A stretch of 64,000 nucleotides of DNA. Origin: Octopus sinensis. Its lineage: Eukaryota. Below the pieces are notes generated by a model. It worked only from the letters and a program-made list of their open reading frames with translations. It did not search any database and was not told the DNA's origin. Made by a program: the position numbers and the translations under genes. Below are positions 1 to 13,020 of the stretch, piece after piece (position 1 is the stretch's first letter; every line of letters begins with the position of its first letter). The stretch covers positions 22,072,001 to 22,136,000 of the forward strand of contig NC_043000.1 of NCBI RefSeq assembly GCF_006345805.1. The letters are read 5' to 3'.

Positions 1-449
1 ATCTCAAAGTATATGCAGACACTTGTTCTGAGTAAGCCTTTATGTTATAACTGGTTTATAAATACTAGTCCACTCACTTCCTTGCCTCTTTTTACATGTC
101 CCTGTAAATTTTGGAGCCAATCCGACCCCATCTAGTGCCCCTTAACCCGTTCCAATCGCAAAATGAGACAAACAAACTTTTCGCATTTCAACTTTATAGA
201 TATTGAATAAAGATGTCAGAGTCAGCATAGTTTTACCGACTGACTCCAGCTACTCCATGGCCCTGATATAATCAACTATAAGCTTCTCCAATATTTACAG
301 GCTTATATCTCTGCTTGGAAATCAATTACAACAATGTTAAATATCCATTTACTGCTTCCTTTAACCTATTCTATGTTATATCATCAGATAAAAGATTACC
401 AAACACCAGCTGTTTTCCTTGCTTTTTAAGATGCAAACATTAACCTTAC

Positions 450-562
450 CTTTGAGCTCTTTTTGGAACTTTTCGACGTACATCATTTATATTCACAACA
501 AGGCGAACCTCATTGTTATTGATCATATCACGTACTTTATTCTGATAAAAACCTTGATCATC
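450..562 (-). CDS. MCM3: MCM3 exon 2 (gene continues off the left edge of the window)
   Basis: ttttcttacacag acceptor; DDQGFYQNKVRDMINNNEVRLVVNINDVRRKVPKRAQ(R); GTAAGG donor. 113 bp and in phase with exon 1. Matches human [38 protein letters not shown]. No exon 3 seen in 1-449. Confidence 0.95.
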
Positions 563-1639
563 CTGTGTAAGAAAACAAATAAAAAATTATTCTTTCAACT
601 TTTCCTCCTAATGCAAGATTTATCTTTTATTTTGACTGTTAAAGAATAAATGACCATAGCAGAATATTCCACTCTTTGCCATTAGACAAAGTCTATGAAC
701 AACCAACTGAATCTAGAGAACACAAGTGAACAAGTAACAATTTGATGTGGCTCAACAACAACCTACTTTTTAAAAAATCGTACCAGGCTCTTAATATACT
801 AAAAGCCATACTTTGTTTTTTTAACCAGACCTAATTTTTACTGCTTTCTCAATTTCCCATGGCAGTAGGAGTTAAATGAACATATAAATCTTAATTTGCT
901 GAGGAAAGTGTTTTACAAATAAGCACTGTAGAATAACTGTGGTTGCTATTTTTTGGGCAATAAGATTGGAAGTTTTTATCTATGAACATGACCAAATTTT
1001 TGAGATTTAGTTCTGGATCAATGAGCTATTAACAAAACTGAACATGACTTACTCAAGTAAATGTTATTATTTTTTTCTCTCTCTAGCTTCAGCTCAGAGC
1101 TGCGGTCATGCTGATGCACTGCTGTTAGTCAGCAGAAGTTCGCCATTACCTTCTGTCGGAGATGTGTCGAGCTTAGGTGTTTTGCTCATAAACACACACA
1201 TCACCCAGTCTGAGATTCGAACCCGCGAGTCCACTGCTCTAACCACTAAGCCATGTGCCTCCACCTATTAATTTAGATGTCTTGCAAACAACTTGCACAT
1301 GTAAGTGCTTACCAGTGAAAAGCTCTGCATACCAGAAGCCAGCAAGTGTATGAAGTCATCAGGAGAGAATGAGTGCCATTTCAGGGCCTACCTCTATACA
1401 GCATCTTTGCACAACAGCTCTCCCCACCCCTGATATGAGGCCCTGCTTGCTAGATCAACTAGTTATCAAATAAAGCTCAATATTCTTCTAGCCATCACTC
1501 ATCGTCTCTTTTTAACCAAATCTAGTGGCTAGCCTTTTCCACTATAGTTTGGATATCGCTCATGGTGGTATTTACTTAACGATGAGTTAGAACTAATGAT
1601 AACAACAGTCACCTCACCATGTGTCCGACAAATCTAACC

Positions 1640-2100
1640 AGATACTATCTTTCACTCCAAATAATTCCTTTCCTGTATTGTATACTGAGCTTAATTCTCA
1701 GTTTCTCCACTGTAGATCCTGTCATTCTATAAAGAGCTTGACATACCTTGTTTTCAAACTCTTTATATCTTCCTTTCTCATTAGACCTCATCAACAGAAT
1801 TCATATTTTTTCTGTCCAAATGATTTTGAAGACTGCAGAATAAATGATAATCAGACGGGGCAATGTCCAGCAAATATGGTGGGTGGAACATCGTTTCCCA
1901 TTCAAACTGCTCCAGCCTTTGGAATGTCATCCTTGCTGTATATGGCTGAGCATTATCCTGATGGAAGAACACCTGTTTTGAAACCAAAGACGGTCGTTTT
2001 TCTTCAAGCACTGACTTAAGCCACTCAAGCTGCTCACAGTAGATCTCCTTTGTAATCGTTTAGTTTAGGTTTAAAAGTTCAAAGTGGACTAAACTTTTCA
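1640..2100 (-). mobile_element. Mariner transposase relic
   Basis: FHQDNAQPYTAR...HPPYLLDIAPSDYHLF (mariner YSPDLAPSDYHLF motif), ORF 1781-2011. Confidence 0.85.
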
Positions 2101-3439
2101 TATCCCACTAAACAGATAACACCTTACATGGGTGAAGACCTTCTTTAGCTTGGGGTGTCAGTGTTTTTCCTTTCTCTACCCACTGTCTTCAGGGCTTGAC
2201 ATTTTTACAGAGAAACCATTTCTGTCACCAGTCACTATTCAGTCCAAAAAATATTTTCTATCCAGCTGAAAATTACAGCTTGATGATTGAGTATTTCAGC
2301 AATAAGTAAAAACTAAGTGTTGCTTAGACTAGGTTAAGTTTGGTTCAGCAGACCTATATTACAAAGAATTCCTGAGGTAACCACCTCGTCTTTTTGTCTA
2401 TCAGGAACTACAATCCAATTGTATTCTTTGAAAACGACAGGCTGTGATTGAAAGAGAATAGGCTACTATTTGTAAGTAGATCAAGAGACATTACAGAAAA
2501 TCCATCGTTGGCTTTAAATCTTAAATATTTTCAGCCCCAAAACTTTAACTAGGGATTTTCATTTTTTGCCCCTATTCTCTTTCATTTGCCAATGACAATA
2601 CCTCAACAATGTAAATAATATAAATAACGCCTTTTTTTTTTCTTCTTTACTTTAAAAACGTTATAGAAACCAAAAGATTCCTCGTAATCTTAAAAAAAAA
2701 GAAAAGAAAAAGAACTGCCAAAGAAAGTTTATTTAAACAGTGATCTGCTCTTCTGGATATTGTCAAACGAAGAAATACCAACGGACGTTTTTCTTTACTT
2801 TTCTGCCATTCGCAATCGTTTTAATCTCTTGTTGTCAATCGGAGTAACTTTAAGTCAATGTTTCATTTTCAGTGTTAAATGTACATTGCACTGGATGCCT
2901 TGGGGTATCTGTTTCGGCTCTTTCGTTCTGAGTTTAAATCTCACTATTTTAAGAGATGAATTCAATTTGTCGCCCGGCTTAACACCTGATCCTTCTGTTC
3001 CTCAGCAGAATCTTTTCTGTTGCAAGCATTCGAGTCATGTCTCCAATACCTTCTCCTCATCATTCCCACCTATATCAGCTGTCCTGCAAGGAGTTAGGCA
3101 CGCTGCCTTTTACTGGTTATTAAATGATATTTAGACATGTAAAGTTGAAAAAGTATGTGTATCTCAAGCTTTGTTAGATATTTAATGGAGTTTGAATGGA
3201 AATGACGTAACGACACTTTCACAGCAGCAGGTGCAAAACTTTTTTCTTACCAATTCAAGAACAATGTAAAGCAACTGTGGATAAATTAGCAGTGACCTCA
3301 ATTGTTAAATAAAATAGCTTTTCATCGTTAATACTATTTTTGATGTATTTGCCTATCATTTTCATTTGTTGTCTCCATAAGAATTGCACAATAGAAATAG
3401 AAGTGTAAAGGACTATAGGTATACCTACATACGTGCCTC

Positions 3440-4064
3440 CCGACTTTGCTCCCTCGTAACTTCCAGAAAACGGATTTTCTACATATTCGCTTTTATAAAT
3501 GCAGATTCCGATTATATCGGAATTTGCATTGATAAAAATTTTCCGGGAGAGGAGTTTCAGAAAGTTCACACGAATCGGCTTTGTTTCCTCATGACTTTCA
3601 GAAAATGCAATTTGGCCAAATTTTCTACAAACACCTTTCAGAGTGTAAATTATGATTATACTGGAATTTGATGTGAGGAGAAAATGGTGAGCACACACAC
3701 ACATGCATACCAACTGAGACACATCACTTTTTCTTTTTTTTTTTCCGAAATTTCAACTATCATTTTGTGGATACATGATATGTAATCAGTATGAATGCGT
3801 GAACCAATGTTTTTTTTCTTTTCTTATAATTGAATTCCGACATAATCAGAATCTACACACTGAAAGGTATATCCATTTATCTGAATGTCATGAGGAAACA
3901 AAGAACAATCGTGTGAATTTTCCGAAACTCCTCTTCCCACCAACAGAAAAACTTTTCCACAATTAGCAATATAATCGGAATCTACACTATATGAAGCTTA
4001 TTCGTAGAAAATTTCACTAAAAAACATCAATTTTTCTGGAAGTTATGAGGAAATAAATTCGCGG
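3440..4064. repeat. Degenerate inverted repeat (foldback) in MCM3 intron 1
   Basis: Arms 3440-3670 and 3832-4064 share TCATGAGGAAACAAAG, CGTGTGAA.TTTC.GAAACTCCTCT, ATATAATCGGAATCT and TTTTCTGGAAGTTA.GAGG; spacer about 160 bp. Confidence 0.75.
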
Positions 4065-4681
4065 GGTATCACATCATTTGTGCAGGTAAGCCTTATTGGC
4101 ATGTCTGCTCGATCAACGTTGTTAGACATCTACTGGATCACCGCTAATTTGGATTAACGTTTACCTACAATATTACTTTAATTCGTTACAGTAAAATAAA
4201 ATTATTACGATTTATGTGTGATATGTGGAGTTTGAGAAACCAACAGCAGTTCCAAATTTAAACAAAGGAAACTCAGTTAACTTGTGAGTTATTAGAAAAA
4301 ATATACCACCTATACTGAATATGCAAAAATCTAACTTCAAGATGTGTAATTTTATATTTTAAGACTTAGAAATCTGTAAATATATGGCAGTTATAAGTTA
4401 TAAAATAAAAATATTGTCTTGGTGAAAAAAACTCTGGATGAAACAAATAATTTTATAAAGAAATGATAAGAAGCATTTTCAATAATCAGTCAAAGCCAAT
4501 TATACCAAAAGAAAACAAATAAGACAAGAAACTGAACTTGGCTACCAATATTATTGGCGACGGCAAGATAATAAAACATAGACTAGGAAAAGTTGGGGAA
4601 AATTTAGAGCAAGAAAAAGCCCGGGAAAAGTAATATTATTTTGAGAATTAAAAATCAGAGAAACATCGTTGTATAACTTAC

Positions 4682-4750
4682 ATCATCATCCAGGAAGTCT
4701 AAATACTCCCTCTGGAGATCACGAATGCGTTGATCAACGTCTGTAGTCAT
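4682..4750 (-). CDS. MCM3: MCM3 DNA replication licensing factor, exon 1
   Basis: ATG at 4750 gives MTTDVDQRIRDLQREYLDFLDDD, then a GTAAG donor (phase 0). Matches the MCM3 N-terminus as I recall it (human LREAQRDYLDFLDDE). Confidence 0.95.
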
Positions 4751-4795
4751 TATTAATTATAAAACTTAGTGGAAAATTGAATTTCCTTAGAAATA

Positions 4796-4877
4796 TTCCC
4801 GCAACAAAGGTGAACTCGCCACGTTAGTTGTGCTAAAATTTCCCGCCAAAAATTGGTCATGTGATCAGGCACGTGAC
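4796..4877. promoter_or_regulatory. MCM3 proximal promoter with E2F site and E-boxes
   Basis: TTTCCCGCCAAA at 4839-4850 (canonical E2F), a second TTCCCGC-like site near 4796, and GTCATGTGAT plus CACGTGAC (4870-4877), all 50-130 bp upstream of the MCM3 ATG. MCM genes are established E2F targets. Confidence 0.65.
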
Positions 4878-6752
4878 TTATTATAATAGAACAATTAAAA
4901 AGCGGAATAGTAAAACATTTTCTATTCAGTAGTAGATATAAGACTTTATAATTTATTGCTAACATAATCATGTGTGTATAGATATTTTTATATGAAAAAA
5001 GGTAAAACATTTTTATTGAGATTTGTGAAGAAATTTGTGACAAGGTTAAAGTATTTAATGCAATATTTATTATTCAAAATCAGAAAAATATAAATATTCA
5101 TAAGCTCATTAATATTAAACTTTCTACTGTGATGGTTTTAGATAGAACATGAGATTATCTTCAAGAAGATTAAGACTGTGTAGTAGAAGCTATTATGATA
5201 CATTTACGTAACTAATTCTTTGGGGAAAGGAATATAAGCATCACAAAATACTCTGAGCCGTTGTGCACCATTAAAACGAAATCTGGATTGACACCAGTCA
5301 GATCAATGGGTGGTGGAATCAGCAGAGCGACGAACAAACTGCCTAGTGGTATTTAGTTACGTCTCTATGCTTTGAGTTTCAAATCCTACCGAGGTCACTT
5401 TGACTTTCATCCTTGCAGGATCGATAAAATATTTTTTAAATGCCAATTAAATATTAAGGTTATACCCTTCATCCTGAATATGTTCAGAGTCAATATTACA
5501 CAAAGTGACCCCAACTCATTGAAATACGCTGTATTATCGTGATTTCTTTGACAAGGTCGGGGTTAATAGACGATTTCGTGTATTGTTGTCATTATTTTAT
5601 AGAGCCTGTAGGAGCGAATGTCAAGGTGAAATTGGTATTTACAGGATTACAGCTGGATTACAGGACATAGAAAAGCAATATTCATTTAATAACTACATCG
5701 ATGTTATATATTAATCATTTATATTAAAACCCAGAAGACGACTTCTTAAGTAATTCTGCCCGTTTCGGGCATTATTAAGTGAAATAATCTATAAATAATT
5801 CAATATTATACTCCAAGAATGAGGGTTCCTCTATATGTACACTTGACCTGCTATAATTAGCTGTTTAATGTCCCTCAAATCATACCCTAGCATCTTGCAA
5901 AGAAAAGAATAAAGAATACTGATAAAGTCACAGATGCTACTAAAATAAACTGGATGGTCATAGCTTGAATGTCTTTCGATTATAGATTTGTTTGTTCACG
6001 ACCTGGGGCAAAACTATAATAGTCAGGATGACACGTCATTCTTTGTAAAGAATTTTAAGAATTTAAGCCACAGGCTCCAGTTAACTTCATTTAGTAAATT
6101 TATACAGTGTCAACATTTAAAATTATTTACAGGTTTTGATAGTAAATAAACATGAATTAAATAAATGGATTGTTAAAACATGCACGATAGATTTCGCCAG
6201 ACAAGGATTAGTTTTAAATTTGCAATATTCGTAAAGAACCATCAAATTCTTGCTAGAAATACATTTTGTTGTTAAGATGCCTTCAAAAACAAATTAAAAA
6301 TTCATAACTATAGCTAGAAAATATTTCTTAAAGTGAAGAGAAAACAATTTGCGAGATACTGGGGTGGGAATTTCCTCCAAGGAATTGGATTGGCACTGTT
6401 TGTTTCTGTTTCAACGTTTTAAACAACAACATACAGGCATGATTTTGTTTCCTATTGTCTTTTTAATACATGATGTCCACATATTCTTAAGCAAATGCCA
6501 AATAAAATTATCGTAAATATTTTGCCTATTAAATCGAACGCAAATGTCAAAATATGTGGAGATTACTTCGTTGCTCCGGGTATATACATATACATTAGTT
6601 CGTTTCAATTCCATGCTGGAATTTAGACATACCCGATGTCCTCGTTACCTCGTTGGAGTAAACACGATGGACTGACGTATATAAATCGCTGAATTTTTAT
6701 CCCATGTGTCTTGGATTCTGTCTTGAGAAAATCTCCACAAATAAGATTTAAC

Positions 6753-6828
6753 ATGGAAGAGAGTTTAAATGAAAAAGTGATCAAAATTTATATTGATGGT
6801 GATGTTGGTTTAGTATGGAATAATGAAG
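6753..6828 (+). CDS. TSEN34: tRNA-splicing endonuclease subunit Sen34, exon 1
   Basis: MEESLNEKVIKIYIDGDVGLVWNNE(D) then AG|GTAAAT donor, phase 1. Joins in frame to exon 2 and resembles the Sen34 N-terminal LVW motif. Confidence 0.85.
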
Positions 6829-9800
6829 GTAAATATACATTTTATGTCAAAATAGTATCGATACCCCTTTTTACATATCGACATTTGATTTTATATTGAC
6901 GAAGTAAAGCTACGTAGATTAGTTTAAAGAAATTTTTCGTTCCAAATGTAAATTTTATATCTTTATGTAGTGATTAAGAGAAGGTACTTCCATGTGCATT
7001 AAACGTGTTCTTTACGTGTTCTGTACGTGGTCGCTTAATCAGCTAGAAATGGCATCCAAATCTCTCTCGGCTTGCACCTTATTAGTTTTAAAGGTAAATT
7101 TTTAAAGGATATATGACATAATGTTAGAGAGAGCTATTTGAAAAGACGCAATGGTCATGACTACGTTGAAATTATAATACAATAATCTCATTCGTCTGCT
7201 CGACCTAATGTTAAACAATATCGTTACCTGTATTTTGGAGGTTGGGGGCGGGGGTAACATTTGTGAGACATTAGATGTCAGTAGCTTTTCACAAACATTT
7301 TTGTTAGGTATTTTTCGTAACCTAGGTTTTACCGACATCTGTGGGGTTTGATAAACCACATCCATTCACAACACCAACCCTATCTTTTAGTCCTAAATCC
7401 ATATATTAGAATAGCTTCCATACAAGAATCTTGATATGGAATATATCTAAATATCACCGAAACAAACGAAAGAGAAAATAAATATTGAAAATATCGGAGA
7501 ACAGGCAAAGTTGTGGAACCATCAGTATAGTTCTATTTTACTTAGACATTTTTTTTTCCGCTTTGATATTTTCGTAAAAATGTAAATATCTTCAACTAAT
7601 TTTATAAATATTGTTTTAGTTTTATTAACATACGGAAACCGATGATGCATTGATAGGATCATGTTATTTTTACTTTAACTATTGTAGTGTGGCAATGATA
7701 ATTGGATAATTTTCCCCGAGCAATTGTACAGTAACATACATAGCATGGTTCCCAACAATAAACGTAAATAATAAGAATAAAATCGTCAAAATAATATTTG
7801 GCAAGGTTTATTTTATGGTATTAGTTTTCTAAGAAATGGTATTAGTTTTCTTTCGGTTTATGATCAGAAAATGAAAGTAGAAATAATGACACTATTCGGA
7901 AACGTTCAGGAGAATGTGTAGAATAGACACGCACACACACCCATCCACTTTCTGTTTTCAAAAATTTCATCATATTGCTGTCTTTTTAACAACGGAGAAT
8001 ACAAGTTTACCAGAAAAATAAAACTGAAAAGCTTTCGATTTTAATTTCCCCCTCCACCTTTTTTTCTTTTTTATTTTGTTGTTAACTTTTTCCGAAAATG
8101 TTTTTGGGAACTCCACGTTTAAAATACAATTCCGATTTTGAAATATATATATATATGAAATGCAGTAAATGTATTTAATAAGAACCAAGAACTGGAAGGA
8201 AAGTGCTTGAAGACCCATGCCTAAAATGACCAAAATACCTCTAAAAAAAAAATGAATAATTTTTTTTACAACACTGGATTCAAATGAAACCATTTTAAAA
8301 AGATTGGGCAAAATCTCTGACTGTTTTAGAAAAATGAAGCATGAAAAAATTCAGAACAGAGTTGCTGGAATATGTTTGATCGTAGGCCTTCTTGATCAAG
8401 GTGGACATATGCTAAACAACAAATGTTCTCAATACTTCATTAATCAATATCAATTTGTCAAGTACAATGGTGAAATATCATCTCATTTGCCATACTTGGT
8501 AAATAAATTCCCCTAGTGGCTTGGTGGTTAGGTTGTTGGACTTGTGATCTTAAGACTGGGTTTCCATTTCTGGTCGGGGCAACATGTTGTGTTCTTGAGC
8601 AAAACACTTCATTTCATGTTACTCCAGTCCACACAGCTGGCAAAAATGACTAATACTGTGATGGACTGGCATCCCATCCACTGGGATGCATATGCACCAC
8701 GGAAACCAAGAACCTAGCATCATGTGTCTATATGACTCAGGAGGGATCTTCATCTTATTTTTTTATCTTAGTTTCCATTTTAGACTCCTTTTTCTCTATT
8801 TATATGAATGTTCTATCCACTGCTCTAAAATTATTTGATTTCATTCTATACATAGATGGTTCACATTTAATTTTCTCTTCTGCATTTTTAAATCTGAATA
8901 ATAGCAAATACAAACAGTATAAACAAAGAATTGTTAAATATAGAGTGTTAGCACCCTGAGAGAAATGTTAGGCATAAGAAGCATTGGATGCAGCGTGCAG
9001 GAGAGACGTTTGCATTGGTATGGTCATGTACTATGGATGGATTAGGAGAGATGTGTGAAGAAGTGCCACTCCCAAACTGTTGAAGTAATCCGGGTAGAGG
9101 TAGACCCAGGAAAACATGGGACGAGGTGGTCAAGCATGGAAAACGGACGTTAAACGATGATGATGATGATCAAGTTAACTAATGGAAAATAAGCTCTCAA
9201 AAACTACCACATTTACTCACATAAAAGCCACACACCCTTATTTTAGCGTTAAATCTTGATACAAAATTGTTTCTTTTCATAGTTTTAGCTTTGCCCCACA
9301 TATAAGTTGCGTCCCAGATTTCTCTCTTATAGTCAAGTGTAAAATGGTGCAATTTATCCTCATCATTATTTAACATGTTTTCCAGCCTGGCATGGGTTGA
9401 ATCTTTTGACAAGAGCTGGCAAGTCAGAGGGCTGTGTCAAACTCTATTGTCTGTTTTGGCATAGCAATTATTAATGTTGATTTCAAATTTTGGTACAAGG
9501 CCAGCAACTTTGGGGAGGGGGGGGGTTAAGTCGATTACATTGACTCCAAAACTTGACTGGTACTTCTTTTATCAACCCCAAAAGGATGAAAGGCAAAGTC
9601 ATCCACAGTGGAATCTGAACTCAAGCATAGGGACAGACAAAACACTGCTGGACATGTTATCTGGCATGCTAACAGTTCTACTATCTTGCCACCTTAGTCG
9701 AAGGAATTATCAAAACGAGCAAAGGCAGCGAAATGGCAGAATCGTTATCACACCAGAAAAAAATGCTTAATGACGTTTCATCCATCTTTACGTTTAAGTT

Positions 9801-9876
9801 CAAATTTCCATTCATCTAAGTAAATACATGTAATTCTTTCAATTTTATCTCATTCTTTCTAGTAGATTTGATAGGG

Positions 9877-10261
9877 AGGGGAAGCACTCCATCGGTTACG
9901 ACGACGAGGGTTCCGGTTGATCCGATCAACGGAACAGCCTGCTTGTGAAATTAACGTGTAAGTGGCTGAGCACTCCACAGACACGTGTACCCTTAACGTA
10001 GTTCTCGGGGATATTCTGCGTGACACAGAGAGTGACAAGGCCGGCCCTTTGAAATTCAGGTACAACAGAAACAGGAAGTAAGAGTGAGAGAAAGTTGTGG
10101 TGAAAGAGTACAGCCGGGATCACCACCATCCCTGCCGGAGCCTCGTGGAGCTTTAGGTGTTTTCGCTCAATAAACACTCACAACGCCCGGTCTAGGAATC
10201 GAAACCGCGATCCTATGACCGCGAGTCCGCTGCCCTAACCACTGGGCCATTGCGCCTCCAC
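9877..10261 (-). mobile_element. Young tRNA-derived SINE (385 bp)
   Basis: A box TGGCCCAGTGG, B box GGTTTCGATTCC, CpG-rich body, perfect 16-bp TSD AGTAGATTTGATAGGG (9861-9876 and 10262-10277). Confidence 0.9.
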
Positions 10262-11598
10262 AGTAGATTTGATAGGGGTGAATCTGACATGAATATCACC
10301 CCTTTAGGATTGAGCCCTCTTTTCTTTCAGTATTGCCTCTGTTACTGTACACGAATAATTTGCTGCTACAAGCATGCTTGTTTGCAGGCCAGTGTTATAT
10401 TCATTCATACTATCTCTGAATTTTTCCACAACTGGATGCTCTTCCTAACACCAACCACTTTACAGAGTGTATTGGGGGCTCTGTTCATAGCACCAGCAAG
10501 ATCACCAAGTAACTTGCCAGGCGAGGCAAAGCTGCTCTACTTGAGGGGAGTAGTATTGAGGGAGATGGCTTTGTGCTAGTTGATGAGACGCTAAAGGAAT
10601 AATAGAAGGATAGAGATAGGTGTCTTGTTGTAGAAGAGATACAAGGATACCCGTATAGGAGAAGAAGGGAGCAAAAGAAAGACTCAGAGAAAAAGATAGA
10701 GAGGCAGCGAGCTGGCAGAAACGTTAGCACACCGGGCGAATTGCTTAGCAGTATTTCGTCTGCCGTTACATTCTGAGTTCAAATTCCACCAAGGTCGACT
10801 TTGCTTTTCATCCTTTTGGGGGCGATAAATAAAGTACCAGTTACGCACTGGGGTCAATGTAATCGACTTAATCCCTTTGACTGTCTTTGTTTGTCCCCTC
10901 TATGTTTAGCCCCTTGTGGGCAATAAAGAAATAAGAAAAAGATAGAGATGGAGAGAGTGAGAGAGATGGTGGTGTATATGTGTCAGGACACACCCTCAAT
11001 GTACAGTGGTGGGGTGAATATAAGTGAAGTGATACAGAAGATTGGACTGGGTGAGTGGGCAAGTGGACAGAGGGGGGAAAATCTTACAAGAATGTGAGGG
11101 TATTGTTTTCATCATCATCACAAACATGTTTCCTGTCACTCAACCCCATAGCTTGAATTTGATGTGCTACTGGTATCTTATCTCACACAAACTCTAAATC
11201 ATTTTATTAGGGATGTGCTACTAAACATCTATCAGGCACTTATTCTTACTTAAACTATGGGATTATTTTTGTTGTGGTCATCATTCTAGTAAAATTGAAA
11301 ATCAACAAAGAAGACCCTGGACAAAGTGAATCTCTCCATATAAGTTTTTGAGTTATAAAATTTTTAAACACTTGCACAAATCAAATTTTGCAATAATTCT
11401 CATCTTGGTTGATTTTCTGCTTAAATTTCTGTTAGCTCTGTGGATATCAAACAATTCTGACAGTGTCAAATAAATATATATATATATATATAAGAAGTGG
11501 TGGTACAACAATGTACCAATATTTACTGGAAATAGCAGTCAATAATATACGATGCTATAATAAAGCTTCGCTGTGTGTGTATATATATATATATATAT

Positions 11599-11958
11599 CA
11601 TCATCATCATCATTCATTTAGCGTCCGTTTTCCATGCTAGCATGGGTTGGACGGTTCAACTGGGGTCTGGGGAGCCCGAAGGCTGCACCAGGCCAGTCAG
11701 ATCTGGCAGTGTTTCTACAGCTGGATGCCCTTCCTAACGCCAACCACTCCGAGAGTGTAGTGGGTGATTTTATGTGCCACCGACACAGGTGCCAGACGAG
11801 GCTGGCGAACGGCCACGCTCGGATGGTGTTTTTTATGTGCCACCGACACAGGTGCCAGACGAGGCTGGCAGACGGGCACCCTCGGATGGTGTTTTTATGT
11901 GCCACCAACACAGGTGCCAGATGAGGCTGGCGAACGGCCACGATTGGATGGTGTTTGT
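11599..11958 (-). mobile_element. 5'-truncated copy (3' UTR only) of the same RTE family
   Basis: Close match to the 3' UTR of the 52.3-kb element, with about 4 internal ~57-bp repeats, a (GAT)n tail and (TA)n on both sides. Confidence 0.85.
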
Positions 11959-11984
11959 TATATATATATATATATATGAAAGCA

Positions 11985-13020
11985 AGGCAAAAGTGAGCAT
12001 AGCTTTTTTATTAACTGACAAAGATCATTCAAATTGCATACAGTGGTTGAGTAATTCTTCCTCTGTAGAATGGTGCTACTTGACATAGTCTTCTTCACAA
12101 GCAGTGCCTTTGCACCATTTTTTGAACTCAGCTCTTAAATCTCCTTTGATAAAATTCAGGTGTGCTCTGTTATACTTCTCAGCCACTTTCACTTTGTTTA
12201 TGTTATCATTCCAACCAAACAGTTGGAAGTCAGAGGGTGCCAGATCTGGGCTCTATAATGGATGAGGGACCACTGACCTGCTCAATTTGTCAATTGCCTA
12301 ACTTATAACAGAAGATGTGTTTGGAGGTGCATTGTCAAGGTGACTGTGGATCATTGTTAGATTTTTGCTTGGACTCTTACTCCTTATGGCTTTTCTAAGC
12401 TTTCATGGTATGACCGCATTTCAAAAAGTCTCCAAGACCATAACTTTCTGTGCTGATTACTAGCCTTTGAACTTCTTGAGTTATGAAAAAGTGATGTAGA
12501 CTGATTTTTCAGTCTAGGTCTTAAAGATATACCAATGTTTCATCCTCCATCCCCAATCTCCAGATTGGAAAAAAAACATGCCTTCATTGGCTTCAAATGC
12601 TTCCAACAGAACAGACTTCCACCCTTCTCTCCTTCAGATCAAGCATCAATTCCCAAAATACCTGCTTTACACATTTTTTCATCCCCAAAATCTTCCACTA
12701 TCTTTTGTAATGCATAGTGATCACAAAACAGTTGTGATTCTGACTTGTCTGTCTGTGTAAATCAGTGTGTCCACTCACTAATGATTCATGTCACAATGGC
12801 CACAGTTGGTGGTCTTCCACTGCAGCATTTGTTTTCAGTGCTGGGATTCTCTTCATCACTCTTGACAATGACGTCATCTCTGTAAGCGATTTGTCTGTGA
12901 ATGTCAGAGAGCCTGTGCCCTCCTTTGTCAAGAACTCAGAGACAGCACATTGCTTCTGCTTGGTCGCCATTATATATCTGCAAGGAAGAAGAACAAAAAC
13001 AGTTACTACAGAGGAAGAAT
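11985..13020 (-). mobile_element. Degenerate mariner element
   Basis: HPLYSPDLAPSDFQLF near 12230-12270 and N-terminal HTH remnants (CSGRPPTV) near 12800. Confidence 0.75.

Noticed and set aside
2760-3134. 124-aa plus ORF, and a good-looking minus acceptor (CTAAC...CCTTGCAG) near 3085
   Set aside because: No recognisable homology, all frames after the acceptor stop quickly, and MCM3 exons 1-2 already join in phase.
3255-3722. 155-aa minus ORF
   Set aside because: It overlaps the inverted repeat and has no protein-like motif; likely a chance ORF.
6673-6863. TGACGT/TATATAAA and DRE-like TATCGATA near TSEN34 exon 1
   Set aside because: Short motifs expected by chance in AT-rich DNA, and the TSS is unknown.
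7102-7365. 87-aa antisense ORF in TSEN34 intron 1
   Set aside because: No homology and no convincing splice context.
11760-11958. CRISPR-like appearance of ~57-bp repeats (also at 52480 and 62940)
   Set aside because: Whole units repeat with no unique spacers, there are no cas genes, the context is eukaryotic, and they are part of the RTE 3' UTR.
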